From assembly GCA_965246885.1 (NCBI GenBank), contig OZ251992.1, positions 1,920,001-1,984,000 of the forward strand: DNA of 64,000 nt. The letters run 5' to 3'. The DNA is from Abditibacterium sp. (lineage in GTDB: Bacteria; Armatimonadota; Abditibacteriia; Abditibacteriales; Abditibacteriaceae). Made by a program: the position numbers and the translations under genes. Position 1 is the stretch's first letter. Each line of letters starts with the position of its first letter. This document shows positions 38,461 to 47,708 of this stretch, piece after piece. The notes beneath the pieces were generated by a model that made no database searches, was not told where the DNA came from, and saw nothing but the letters and a program-made list of their open reading frames with translations.

Positions 38461-38928
38461 ATGAACCCGTCACCTCTACAACGGCTGCTTTCGGGCAGCT
38501 TTTTGAAGTTCTGCGTCGTCGGCGCGTCGTCCACCGTCATTGACAAAGCGATCTTCTACGCCCTCATGACGTTCGTGCCCGCTCTGCCTTGGTTCGTGTC
38601 GCAGTCCATCGCGTTCCTGTTTGGCGTCACTAACGGCTTCTTTTGGAATCGCTACTGGACGTTCAAATCGAATCAGCACGCTTCGATGGGCACCCAATAC
38701 CCGATATTCGTCGCCACCAACGTCGTCGGCCTCGCCCTCAACTTGCTGATTACCAAAGGGTTCCTCATCGCGTTCACCGGGCACGCCAAACACAACGCCC
38801 TCGCGGACAAGAACATTATCCTCTGCGCGTCCCTGTGCGCCATTCCCATTGTCGTCGTTTGGAACTTTTCCGCGTCGCGGCTGTGGACGTTCAGGGCCAG
38901 TGCGCCGACGAGCGAATCTTCCCGTTAA
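38461..38928 (+). CDS. GtrA family flippase-like protein
   Basis: KFCVVG...D, N.FWNRYWTF, WNF...RLWTF. Confidence 0.88.
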   Translation: MNPSPLQRLLSGSFLKFCVVGASSTVIDKAIFYALMTFVPALPWFVSQSIAFLFGVTNGFFWNRYWTFKSNQHASMGTQYPIFVATNVVGLALNLLITKGFLIAFTGHAKHNALADKNIILCASLCAIPIVVVWNFSASRLWTFRASAPTSESSR

Positions 38929-39587
38929 TTGTCCGTCGCCAATGGGCCGTAGTTGGTGGCGGGAAGGGCGCCCATGTGCTTGGGCGGCCAGTATTTGAAC
39001 ACGACGCGTCCGATGATGTATTTTTCCGGGACGGGGCCGTTGTTGCGCGAGTCGTCGGAGTGGTTGCGGTTGTCGCCCATCACCCAATATTCGTCGTCGC
39101 CGAGTCGCTTCGGGAGCATCCCTTCGGAATCGGGCGCTTCAGGAAGGTAGTTCTGGTCTAAAACCTTGCCGTTGATGGACACCACGCCGCCGCGCATGGA
39201 GATGGTTTCGCCCGGTAATCCGATAATGCGCTTGACGAGCGTTTGGCCCTTGAAGCCGCTCACCACGCCGCTATCGCCCTCGGCTTCGCCCCCGCCTTCC
39301 CAATCGGGGGGCGTGTGAAACAGCACGACATCGCCGCGATTCCAATGGCGGCGCAACGCGAGGCGGTGGTTGACCACCATGAAATCGCCTTTGAAAAGCG
39401 TCTTTTCCATCGAACCCGACGTGACGACGGAGAACTCGAAGGCATAAAGCCGCAGGACGAGCACGAACGCCAATATAGTCAGGACGGTGGCGGCTGTGAC
39501 CCAAAAGCGGCGGGTGCGCTTGCGCTCCGCGTGTTGTGCGGGGGTGATCTTCTGTTGTTTCTTACCAAGTTCGAGTTCGATGGGCAC
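38925..39587 (-). CDS. lepB: Signal peptidase I
   Basis: SGSMEKTL, RGDVV, LVKRIIGLPGE, MGDNRNHSDDSR. Confidence 0.93.
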   Translation of the reverse strand: MPIELELGKKQQKITPAQHAERKRTRRFWVTAATVLTILAFVLVLRLYAFEFSVVTSGSMEKTLFKGDFMVVNHRLALRRHWNRGDVVLFHTPPDWEGGGEAEGDSGVVSGFKGQTLVKRIIGLPGETISMRGGVVSINGKVLDQNYLPEAPDSEGMLPKRLGDDEYWVMGDNRNHSDDSRNNGPVPEKYIIGRVVFKYWPPKHMGALPATNYGPLATDN

Positions 39588-39610
39588 GGTGTTCCTCGCT
39601 TTTTAACGCT

Positions 39611-40921
39611 TCACCCCAAACGGCGCCACTGCGCGCAAAACGCGCCGTCACAGCCAGAGGGATAAGGCGCAGTTTGCAAAAACCCCTCTCTCTCGTTGCC
39701 GAGAAGTTGTGGCAAGTGGAGGGGAAGGCGCTCCCAACCGGGGTGATGCGCCTCGAACCACCCCGCCTGCTCCGCGTTTTCTTCGGGTTCGAGCGAGCAG
39801 GTCGAGTAAAGCAGCACGCCGCCGACTTTCACCGTTTCTGCCGCCGCGTCCAGAAGCTCGCGCCCCAGCGTTACCAGTTGCGCCAACTGCGCGGGCGTTT
39901 TGCGCCACTTGGCGTCGGGGCGGCGGCGGAAGGTGCCTGTTCCCAAGCACGGCGCATCGAGCAATACCAAATCGGCGGCCACCGCGAGCGTCGGCGCTAA
40001 CTCTTGCCAATCGCCCGCGCGCGTCTCGATGTTGGGAAGGCGCAGGCGCCGCGCGTTTTGCGCCACTAATTCGAGCCGCTTCGCCGACGCATCGCACGCC
40101 AGCACCCGTGCCCCCGGCGCGCGCGCCGCCATGTGCGTCGCTTTGCCGCCCGGCGCGCTTGCGCAGTCTATGATTAACCCCCCGCCCGGAACCGCCGCGC
40201 TTGCCACCACCAATTGCGCCGCCTCGTCTTGCACCAGAAACAGCCCGTCGTCCCAACCCGGCAACCCTTCGGGCGACGAGACGCCACTCCCGAAACGCAC
40301 CCCGATGGGCGACAATGGCGTCGCGCGGGCGTCCAACCCCGCCTGTTGCAAGCGCGCCAGTAGTTCGTCGCGCGATACGCGCGTCTCGTTCGCCCGCACG
40401 TCGAAGGGCGCCCGCGCTTGATTAGCCTCAAGCAGCGCGCGCGTTTTTGCTTCGCCCCATCGCTCCAGATACCGCTCCACCAGCCACAACGGGTGCGCCC
40501 ACTCCGTCGCCAAGCGGAACGCGGCTTGTTTGGGAAGCGCACGCCAGTCGGGGGGCAGATGGCGAGCGAGCGCGTTGACAAACCCCGCCGCCGACGCGAC
40601 CTTGAAAGTGCGCATTAGCTCCGCGTAGTCGGTGCCGATAGCGTGTGGGGCGGTTCGCAATTCGAGGTGCTCCCACAACATCGCCCGCAAAGCCGCGCGC
40701 ACGGGCGCATCCAACTTGTCAAGCGGCTTTTGGCAGATAGGCGCGAGCGTCCAGTCAATTTTCGCTCGCCAGCGCCACACGCCCGCCGTCACTTCGCGCG
40801 CGAAGGGTCGCGCCGCGTCGTCCAACTCGCGCCAAGGCGGGGGCGCGAAATCGGGCTTTTCGGACGCCACGAGCGCGCGTATAATTTCGCGCCGCGCTTG
40901 GGTGCGGGGGTTGGAAAGCAT
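39611..40921 (-). CDS. rsmB: 16S rRNA m5C967 methyltransferase
   Basis: NusB-like N-domain, QDEAAQ, DCASAPGGKA, DAPCLGTG, YSTCS; follows def-fmt. Confidence 0.9.
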   Translation of the reverse strand: MLSNPRTQARREIIRALVASEKPDFAPPPWRELDDAARPFAREVTAGVWRWRAKIDWTLAPICQKPLDKLDAPVRAALRAMLWEHLELRTAPHAIGTDYAELMRTFKVASAAGFVNALARHLPPDWRALPKQAAFRLATEWAHPLWLVERYLERWGEAKTRALLEANQARAPFDVRANETRVSRDELLARLQQAGLDARATPLSPIGVRFGSGVSSPEGLPGWDDGLFLVQDEAAQLVVASAAVPGGGLIIDCASAPGGKATHMAARAPGARVLACDASAKRLELVAQNARRLRLPNIETRAGDWQELAPTLAVAADLVLLDAPCLGTGTFRRRPDAKWRKTPAQLAQLVTLGRELLDAAAETVKVGGVLLYSTCSLEPEENAEQAGWFEAHHPGWERLPLHLPQLLGNEREGFLQTAPYPSGCDGAFCAQWRRLG

Positions 40922-40930
40922 GAGGGGCAC

Positions 40931-41851
40931 TTACAATCTTTCCCCGACTTCCAACCGCGCGCCGCGTGCCCAATCGCCCGCGCTCATCTTGGCTTTGCCG
41001 GGCGCTTGGACTTCCAATAAGCGCAGCGAATCGGCCCCCGCGCCGACCACGAGCGAGTCGCGTTCGATTTGAAGCAAGGCTCCCGGTGCGCCGCCTTGTT
41101 GCTCCACTTGCGCGCGGTAAACTTTGAGCGGCTCGCCCCGGAACTCGCACCACGCGACGGGCCAAGGGTTCATGGCGCGCACGGTATTATTCGCTTGGAC
41201 TGCGCCGCGCGCCCAATGAATCTGAGCGTCTTCGCGCTTGATTTGCGGGCAGAACGTAACAAGCGACTCATCCTGCGGCGTGCGCGGCGCGGTTCCGGCT
41301 TCGAGCAGGGCGAAGGTGTCGCCGAGCACGTCGGCGCCAAGCGTCGTGAGGCGCTCCAACAGTTCGCCGGAGGTTTCGCCGTCTTGGATGGGCACTTCGA
41401 GTTGTTGAATCACATCGCCCGCGTCGAGTTTGGCCGCCATCCACTGCGTCGTCACGCCGGTCATGGGGTCGCCGTGCCACAGCGCGTATTGCACCGGCGC
41501 CGCGCCGCGCCAACGCGGAAGCAGCGAGAAGTGCAGGTTGACGCACCCTTTGGGCGCCATTTCGAGAACTGCGTCGGGCAGGATTTGCCCATACGCGACG
41601 ACCGCCATCGCTTCGACGCCGAAGCCGCGCAGTTCTTCAATGAACTCCGCGCTCCGCGCGCGTTCGGGCTGCAAGACCACGATGCCCCGCGCCAGCGCCC
41701 ACTTCTTGATGGGCGAGCTTAAAACTTCCCTGCCGCCGCGTCCACCCATTTTATCGGGTTGCGTAACAACGACCGCGACTTCGTGGCGCAACGCTAAAGA
41801 TTCCAAGCATACGAGCGCAAGCGCGGGCGTGCCCATAAAAGCGATTTTCAT
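40931..41851 (-). CDS. fmt: Methionyl-tRNA formyltransferase
   Basis: FMGTP, VVTQPD, VVAYGQIL, NLHFSLLPRWRGAAP. Confidence 0.96.
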   Translation of the reverse strand: MKIAFMGTPALALVCLESLALRHEVAVVVTQPDKMGGRGGREVLSSPIKKWALARGIVVLQPERARSAEFIEELRGFGVEAMAVVAYGQILPDAVLEMAPKGCVNLHFSLLPRWRGAAPVQYALWHGDPMTGVTTQWMAAKLDAGDVIQQLEVPIQDGETSGELLERLTTLGADVLGDTFALLEAGTAPRTPQDESLVTFCPQIKREDAQIHWARGAVQANNTVRAMNPWPVAWCEFRGEPLKVYRAQVEQQGGAPGALLQIERDSLVVGAGADSLRLLEVQAPGKAKMSAGDWARGARLEVGERL

Positions 41852-41881
41852 AACGGAAGCTGAAAGTGTGGCGGCTGCCCT

Positions 41882-42499
41882 CTAGCGCCGCTCCACCCGC
41901 TCGCGCAGCATCTCCAACACATGGGCGTCGGGCGGGAACTTGCGGGCTTTGTAGTGCGCCAGTATCTCGTCGCGCGTGGCGCGGCGCAGGATGATGTCGT
42001 CTTTGCCGTCGTCGTCCACGCCGTCAATGAGCCACGAAATCGTTTTCGGCTCGGCGCGTTCGAGATACAGCACGCCGTCGAGGTGGTCTATCTCGTGCTG
42101 CACGCACGTCGCGGCTCGGCCCATCGCTTCGCCGTCTTCCAACTCGTAGGAGACGGGCTTGTTGTTCTGGTCGCGCCCCGACACGATGACACGCTTGGCG
42201 CGTTTGACGCGCGCTTGCACGCCGGGAATGGACAGACAACCTTCTTCTCCTTCGGCCTCGCCGGAGCGCAGTGTTATCTTGGGGTTGATAAGGGCGTGCC
42301 GCTCGTCGCCGATGCGGAACACGAAGATGCGCTTGGAAACGCCCACTTGCGGCGCCGCCAAGCCCGCGCCTTCGGCGGCGTCCATCGTGTCAAACATGTC
42401 CTGAATCAGTTTCTTGTCGGCGGGGGTGAGGCGGTCAACGGCCCCGGCGGTTTTTTTGAGAATCGGGTCGCCCCAGATGCGAATCGGTAGTAATGCCAT
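41882..42499 (-). CDS. def: Peptide deformylase
   Basis: GAGLAAPQVG, EGCLS, QHEIDHLDG. Confidence 0.96.
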   Translation of the reverse strand: MALLPIRIWGDPILKKTAGAVDRLTPADKKLIQDMFDTMDAAEGAGLAAPQVGVSKRIFVFRIGDERHALINPKITLRSGEAEGEEGCLSIPGVQARVKRAKRVIVSGRDQNNKPVSYELEDGEAMGRAATCVQHEIDHLDGVLYLERAEPKTISWLIDGVDDDGKDDIILRRATRDEILAHYKARKFPPDAHVLEMLRERVERR

Positions 42500-42511
42500 T
42501 GCTGCGTGAAT

Positions 42512-44446
42512 TTAGTTAATGCCCGCGCGCTCCCATTGGTTCCACAGTTCGGCTTGGCCAATGCCCAAGACGTTGCGAAAGGCGTCTTCGGGCGGCACGT
42601 CGCGCCCGATTTGACGGAGGATTTCTAAGACGGCTTCCTTTTTCCACTTGGACACGATGAAGTCGAGTATCGAATTGGCCTGCGAGTAGGCCAGGAACGC
42701 TCGCTCGCCGTCCACGTGCCACTCTTCGAGTTCGTCCATCGAAAGCAGCGTTCCGGCGTTGGCGGCGCGCTTGACGCGCGACAGATAGCCCTCGTAGCCG
42801 CCCTCGCAACTGGTCGCGATTCCTTCATTGAACCAAACGGGCACCAAGCGCCCTTTGGAGAGTTGGCGCACGGCGACATGGCCGTACTCGTGGGCGAGGG
42901 TGCCAAAGAGAGGCTGCGTGTCCGTCGTGTCCGAAAAAGTGTTGACTTCTTCGCCCAACACGAGCGGGCCGGTGCGGGTAGTAACCAACTTGGTAAGCGT
43001 GAGAGCGGCCACGAACTCGTTGCCGCCCTGCTCAGAAAACTGCGTGGTGTAGCGCGCAAATTCGGCTTGGCTATGCCACAGCAAGACTTCGGTATTGCCC
43101 ATCGGGATGCCAAAGTCGGCGTAGACGGTGTGTTGCGCTTCTTCGAGGGAAGCGAGCAGAGTCACGATGCCGGGGTCGTCGGGCCATGCGCGCACGGTGA
43201 ACAGTTGCGAGCGCAAGATGGCGGACGGCTTTTCTTTGGATAGCTTCGCGCGCTCTTGGAGATGGTCAAACAGAAGCTGCATCCATGCGCGGTCGGAAGG
43301 GCGAAAGGCGCCGCGCGTTTGGAGGTCGCTCGCTTGATTCACCCAGTTTTGGGCGCGGCCATCTTGGGCGAGGCGCGAGTATTCGAGGGCGATGCGCAAG
43401 GCGCCAAGGGCGTTGGGTTGGTCGCGTTGCTGGCGTTGCAAGGCGTTGATGAGGTAGGCGGGGTGGTCGGCGCCAAGCCCCACGCTTTGCTCGTCTTCCA
43501 ATTGGCGGGCGACGGCGTTTTGCGGGTCACGCGCGCGGCCCGCTTCGGCGCGTTGCAAGTCCTCGTACTGAACGGACGACGGATCGAGCAGGACGGCTTT
43601 TTTGAGTTCGTCGGCGCCCTCGTTCCACAAACCGACGCCAAAAAGCGCGCGCGCCCATTCGCGGTGACTGGAGGCAAAGGTGTAGTCGCGTCCCGCCATG
43701 CGGTCGCGCCAACTGGCGGCGAGGTTATCCAGTTGCGCATCGGCCCGTTTCAAGGGGCGAAAGGCGCTGCCCAAGCCCAGCCACAACGAGCCGGGTGTGC
43801 CTGCGTTGTGAAAGAGGAAATGCGCGGTCACGGCGCCAAAGCGGGGCGCGCGGGCAAAAGCGCGCGGCAGAAAGTCGCTTGGTCTGCGGCCCGCGTTGGG
43901 TTGCTCGTCCACGTCGCCGTTCCAGCTTTGGCGGCGTAGCGCGATCCAGCGCCCGCCCACGCGCGAGGCGACGACATCTAAAATTTCCGGCCCGTTTTCG
44001 GCGCGCTCATTGTCAACGGACGTCTGCAACTGCGCGAGGGCATCCGGCGGAGCCGCGAAGCGCGTCGTGGACGCCGAAAAACTCCCATTGGCGCCGCGCG
44101 GCAGCCACAATTCCTGCGTCCCCACCGCAAGGGAAACGGGGAAAGCGCGCTGAATGGCGATGCCGTAGGTCTGTCGCACAAGCGCCCCCGTCGGCGCCAC
44201 CGCCACGCCCGTCACTCGCGTCGAGACGGACAGCGGTGACCTGTCGGCGGGAGGAGAAGCTCCAAAGAATGACAGCGCGTTCGCGTCACCCTTGCGCGCT
44301 CCGACCTCGAGGCCGTTCAAAATCGCATAAATTGCTTGCAACTCGCGCGGCGAGGCGTTCGAGGCGGGTAGGACATCCTGCGCGCGCGCGGCGCTTGCCC
44401 CCGCGAAGAGAAGGAAGAGGAAGAGAAGTCGGAAGCGGGGAAGCAT
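42512..44446 (-). CDS. Secreted protein with TPR-like region and C-terminal peptidase MA (gluzincin) domain
   Basis: Signal peptide; HEYGH plus PVWFNEGIA and LAYSQA. Confidence 0.7.
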   Translation of the reverse strand: MLPRFRLLFLFLLFAGASAARAQDVLPASNASPRELQAIYAILNGLEVGARKGDANALSFFGASPPADRSPLSVSTRVTGVAVAPTGALVRQTYGIAIQRAFPVSLAVGTQELWLPRGANGSFSASTTRFAAPPDALAQLQTSVDNERAENGPEILDVVASRVGGRWIALRRQSWNGDVDEQPNAGRRPSDFLPRAFARAPRFGAVTAHFLFHNAGTPGSLWLGLGSAFRPLKRADAQLDNLAASWRDRMAGRDYTFASSHREWARALFGVGLWNEGADELKKAVLLDPSSVQYEDLQRAEAGRARDPQNAVARQLEDEQSVGLGADHPAYLINALQRQQRDQPNALGALRIALEYSRLAQDGRAQNWVNQASDLQTRGAFRPSDRAWMQLLFDHLQERAKLSKEKPSAILRSQLFTVRAWPDDPGIVTLLASLEEAQHTVYADFGIPMGNTEVLLWHSQAEFARYTTQFSEQGGNEFVAALTLTKLVTTRTGPLVLGEEVNTFSDTTDTQPLFGTLAHEYGHVAVRQLSKGRLVPVWFNEGIATSCEGGYEGYLSRVKRAANAGTLLSMDELEEWHVDGERAFLAYSQANSILDFIVSKWKKEAVLEILRQIGRDVPPEDAFRNVLGIGQAELWNQWERAGIN

Positions 44447-44530
44447 GGAAACGATGACGGCGAATACGGACGTATTCGAGCGCCGGGAGTTTGGGGAGTT
44501 TTGGGCTTCGCCCATAATAGCCAAGGCTGC

Positions 44531-45880
44531 TCACGCCTTCGCCGCCACCGCTTCCCCTTCGGGTTTCTTGCGCCGTTTGTTGCGGCGCAACCTTTTGCCG
44601 CGATGGTAGGCGACGGTGCGGCGGGCGATGTTGCAGTCGTACTCGTCGCGCAGTTTGGCCACGACTTCTTGGTCGGTCAGTTGCGGGTGTTGAGCGATGA
44701 TGCCCGCGACGACCTCAGTCTTGCTTTGGCAAAGGTAGATGAGTTCGATCTTCTTCCAAGCCGTCTCGATGTATTTGCCCCGGATCAGACGCGACACCAT
44801 CGAGGGATGTTCGCCCAAATCGCGCGCGAGGGCGGCTTGCGCGAGCGGCTTGAGTTGGCGCGGGTCGCCCGTCGTGAGGTAGTCCAACTGCAAGTTGCAC
44901 AGCGTGGTGATGAGGCGCGACAGGGCGGACAGACGCTGGTTGATGTAGCGAGCGCGCATGAGCAGGTCGCGGGCGTCTTCGGGCGCTTCTTTTTTCAGTT
45001 CCTTGAGCGCTCCCGGTTTGATGCGGTAGCGCTGGGTGTAGATGGAGTCGTTGTGGAATTGGATGGCGAGGTCGCCGTCTTTGATGGCGACGAACGCGAC
45101 GGGTTCGTCGTTAGCGGCGACCATGCGGGCGGGCGCGGCCTTTTTGTCGGGGGTTTGGCCGCTCGCTTCGTAGCCCTGCGCCATATACACGCGGTCGGCG
45201 GCTTCCAACACGCGCTCGGCTTCCAGAAGCGAGCAGCCGAAGCGCTCGGAGATTTCGTTCGCGTCGTATTCGCCGCCGAGCACGAAGTCGAGGAACTCTT
45301 GCTCGGAAACCTCGTAGCGTTCGACGAACTCGCGCGTGGTTTCGATGACCTCGCCCAAATCTACCAAAGCGCCGCCCGCGACGGTGTCTTCCATCGTCGG
45401 CGAGCGTTCGTCATCGCCGCCGCCACTTGAGCGCCCGCCCGTCCCGCGCGACAAGACGCCCGACAGCCCGCCCGACCCCGTCGAAACGAGGTAGCGCAAA
45501 AAGCGCAACGTGTCGCCGACCGGAGCGCCATATTTCTTGGCGATTTCCGGCGCGCGTTCGAGGGCGTTGGGCGAGAGAAAATCTTTTTCCCATCCGTTGT
45601 GACTCGTGATGTTGAAGACGGACAGGTAGTCCATCATCTGCTCGTCCATGAACTCTTCGTACTTTTCGCGCGGGATTTTGCCGCGCAAGCGCACGCGCGA
45701 CACAAGGCCGTCGCTGACGAGTTTCTCGAAGGACGGATTAGTTTCGAGCGAGTCCACGTAGGTGCGGAATTCGCGCTCGGTTTGGGAAAGAAGGGAGACG
45801 TACTCCGTTGGCGGGCGCCGCATGCGCATTGCCAAGTCTTCGCTTTGCCGTCCCTGCATCCGGCCAGAAGGAGTTGCCAT
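44531..45880 (-). CDS. rpoN: Divergent sigma-54 (RpoN)-like factor
   Basis: Region I-like LLSQ...LETNPSFE; LKPL...LGEHPSMVSR..GKYIET HTH; LTDQEV; RpoN box variant ARRTVAYHRG. Confidence 0.72.
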   Translation of the reverse strand: MATPSGRMQGRQSEDLAMRMRRPPTEYVSLLSQTEREFRTYVDSLETNPSFEKLVSDGLVSRVRLRGKIPREKYEEFMDEQMMDYLSVFNITSHNGWEKDFLSPNALERAPEIAKKYGAPVGDTLRFLRYLVSTGSGGLSGVLSRGTGGRSSGGGDDERSPTMEDTVAGGALVDLGEVIETTREFVERYEVSEQEFLDFVLGGEYDANEISERFGCSLLEAERVLEAADRVYMAQGYEASGQTPDKKAAPARMVAANDEPVAFVAIKDGDLAIQFHNDSIYTQRYRIKPGALKELKKEAPEDARDLLMRARYINQRLSALSRLITTLCNLQLDYLTTGDPRQLKPLAQAALARDLGEHPSMVSRLIRGKYIETAWKKIELIYLCQSKTEVVAGIIAQHPQLTDQEVVAKLRDEYDCNIARRTVAYHRGKRLRRNKRRKKPEGEAVAAKA

Positions 45881-46006
45881 GAGAGAATAATAGATGCGCC
45901 CGTCGGGTTTGCGGGGCGCGTTGAACTTTAACCCCCAAACATTATAAAACAAAAAGGCCACCCCATTGCATAGCCACGCGCCCCCAAACCGCTTAAAATC
46001 CCCGCA

Positions 46007-47026
46007 GTGCTTCGGTTTATTTTGCCTGTTAGCTTGGCGGGGGGTTTCTTCGCGCGGGCCGCGCACGCCCAAGACAAGTGGAGCGGCCCGCTCCCCGTCC
46101 AAAACGAGCGCCCCTTCCAAAGCGCCTTCGGCCATTTCGAGCCGCTTTCCCCCGACGTGTTGGGCGCGGGTCATGCACGCACCGGCGTCGCGCTCCATGT
46201 CGGCAACGACTTGCTCATCCCCAACCCCGCGAACGGCAGCCGCGTCGTCGAAGACTTCGAGACGCAGCGATTGGAACTGCGTTACTCACGCGGCTTGGGA
46301 AGCCGGTGGGAAATCGGCGCGCGCACCAGCCTCATCGCGCGCAACGGCGGCTTTTTGGACGGCCCGATTTCCTTCTACCACCGCCTCTTCGGACTCGCGG
46401 GCAACGGGCGCGACAACCCAGTGGGCCGCGACAACATCCCGCGCGGGCGCGGCATCCTGTTCTTCCAAGACGCGCAGGGCAACGGCGTCAACCAAGGCGG
46501 TGCGTTCGGTCTCGGCGACACCCAACTCGAAGCCCGCCGCCAACTCCTGTCGGGCGCGAGCGCCGCCACCATCCGCGTCGCCCTCAAAATCCCGACGGGC
46601 GACACCCGCAAAATCCTCGGCTCCGGCGGTTTCGACGCGGGCGCGGGTTTCGACGTGCGCCACAACTTCACGCCCCGCCTCGCCCTGTTCGGGAGCGCCA
46701 ATGCCTTCCTCTACGGCGCCTCGAACGTCCCAAACGCCAAACGCACCGGCATCAGCGGCGGCTTGGGCTTGGAGTTCCGAGCGGGACGCCGCGACTCCTT
46801 CCTCGCCCAAGTGGACGCCCAAAGCCGCACCGTTTCGACGGGCAACCCCTTTGCCGACAAAACCCCCGTCATCGCTTCGCTCGGCTACAAACACCGCTTC
46901 GGCGACGGCAAAACCGCCTTCGTTTCCCTCTCCGAAAACGGCGACTTCACCAATTATCACACCTCCTACCTCGCCAACATCGCCCCGGATGTCTCCCTGA
47001 GTGTCGGCGTGGAATGGCGGCGTTAA
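46007..47026 (+). CDS. DUF3187-like outer-membrane beta-barrel protein
   Basis: GPL.VQN..P, GGFLD..I..YH.LFGL, GLGD, KIPTG...LGSGGFD, ENG, APDVS; amphipathic terminal strand. Confidence 0.65.
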   Translation: MLRFILPVSLAGGFFARAAHAQDKWSGPLPVQNERPFQSAFGHFEPLSPDVLGAGHARTGVALHVGNDLLIPNPANGSRVVEDFETQRLELRYSRGLGSRWEIGARTSLIARNGGFLDGPISFYHRLFGLAGNGRDNPVGRDNIPRGRGILFFQDAQGNGVNQGGAFGLGDTQLEARRQLLSGASAATIRVALKIPTGDTRKILGSGGFDAGAGFDVRHNFTPRLALFGSANAFLYGASNVPNAKRTGISGGLGLEFRAGRRDSFLAQVDAQSRTVSTGNPFADKTPVIASLGYKHRFGDGKTAFVSLSENGDFTNYHTSYLANIAPDVSLSVGVEWRR

Positions 47027-47583
47027 TCCGGCGCTTCGGTTATCATCATCGTGTTCCTCGCTGACAAAGTGTGTTTTTCTGAACACACAAGGCGGTCGCC
47101 ACCGGAACCCCACGTCCGCCAATCTTCCGTCGCGCATTGTTCGGGCAGAAACCACGTTCGGCAGATTGGGCAAAGGGCTTGGATGAAGCGGCCCTTGTAA
47201 ATCAGCTTCTCCAAATAAAATCCGAGATAGATGTCTTGCGTTGCGTCAGGCAGGAAAGACCCATCGTATTTGGTCTCACTTTGAAGTCTGTTTTGGCGTT
47301 GCCTCTCCTCAATTGGCAGGGCGCGGGAAGGGTGCGTCCATCCGATGACCCCTGCCGAAAACATTTGCTTGATCTCCTCAATGGTTTTCTCAAGCAATTT
47401 GAACGAGGCGCGTCGGCTGGCGCTGATGTACAGCAGCTTTTCATCCTCGACGCGCGTATTTTCCACATGCGCCAGAACTTCCGCTCCCTCAAAATCGAAA
47501 GTCCCCAGTTGCGAGATATGCTCTTTGCCATCGAACTGCGACGGCCAACCCGAAAAGTGATAACGAAAGATATGGTCGTTCAT
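47023..47583 (-). CDS. Hypothetical protein, lower GC, C-terminal CxxC...Cx3H putative zinc ribbon
   Basis: Open frame from ATG 47583; CPIC and CSEKH. Confidence 0.55.
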   Translation of the reverse strand: MNDHIFRYHFSGWPSQFDGKEHISQLGTFDFEGAEVLAHVENTRVEDEKLLYISASRRASFKLLEKTIEEIKQMFSAGVIGWTHPSRALPIEERQRQNRLQSETKYDGSFLPDATQDIYLGFYLEKLIYKGRFIQALCPICRTWFLPEQCATEDWRTWGSGGDRLVCSEKHTLSARNTMMITEAPD

Positions 47584-47618
47584 GTAGCTAATAAAAACTC
47601 CGGCTGATAGCTCAGCCG

Positions 47619-47708
47619 GTAAAGCGCGTCTCACCTCCATTGCATCTTCGTAGGGACGCGGCAAGCAGCGTCCCTACGAAGATGCAATGGAGGTGAGACG
47701 CGCTTTAC
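47619..47708. repeat. Perfect inverted repeat, 41-bp arms, with GTAG-type REP core
   Basis: 47619-47659 pairs with 47668-47708; core GTAGGGACGC-N8-GCGTCCCTAC; overlaps ruvB stop codon. Confidence 0.88.

Noticed and set aside
45881..46198. Extended rpoN N-terminus
   Set aside because: Overlaps the divergent DUF3187-like gene; TATTAT hexamer supports ATG 45880
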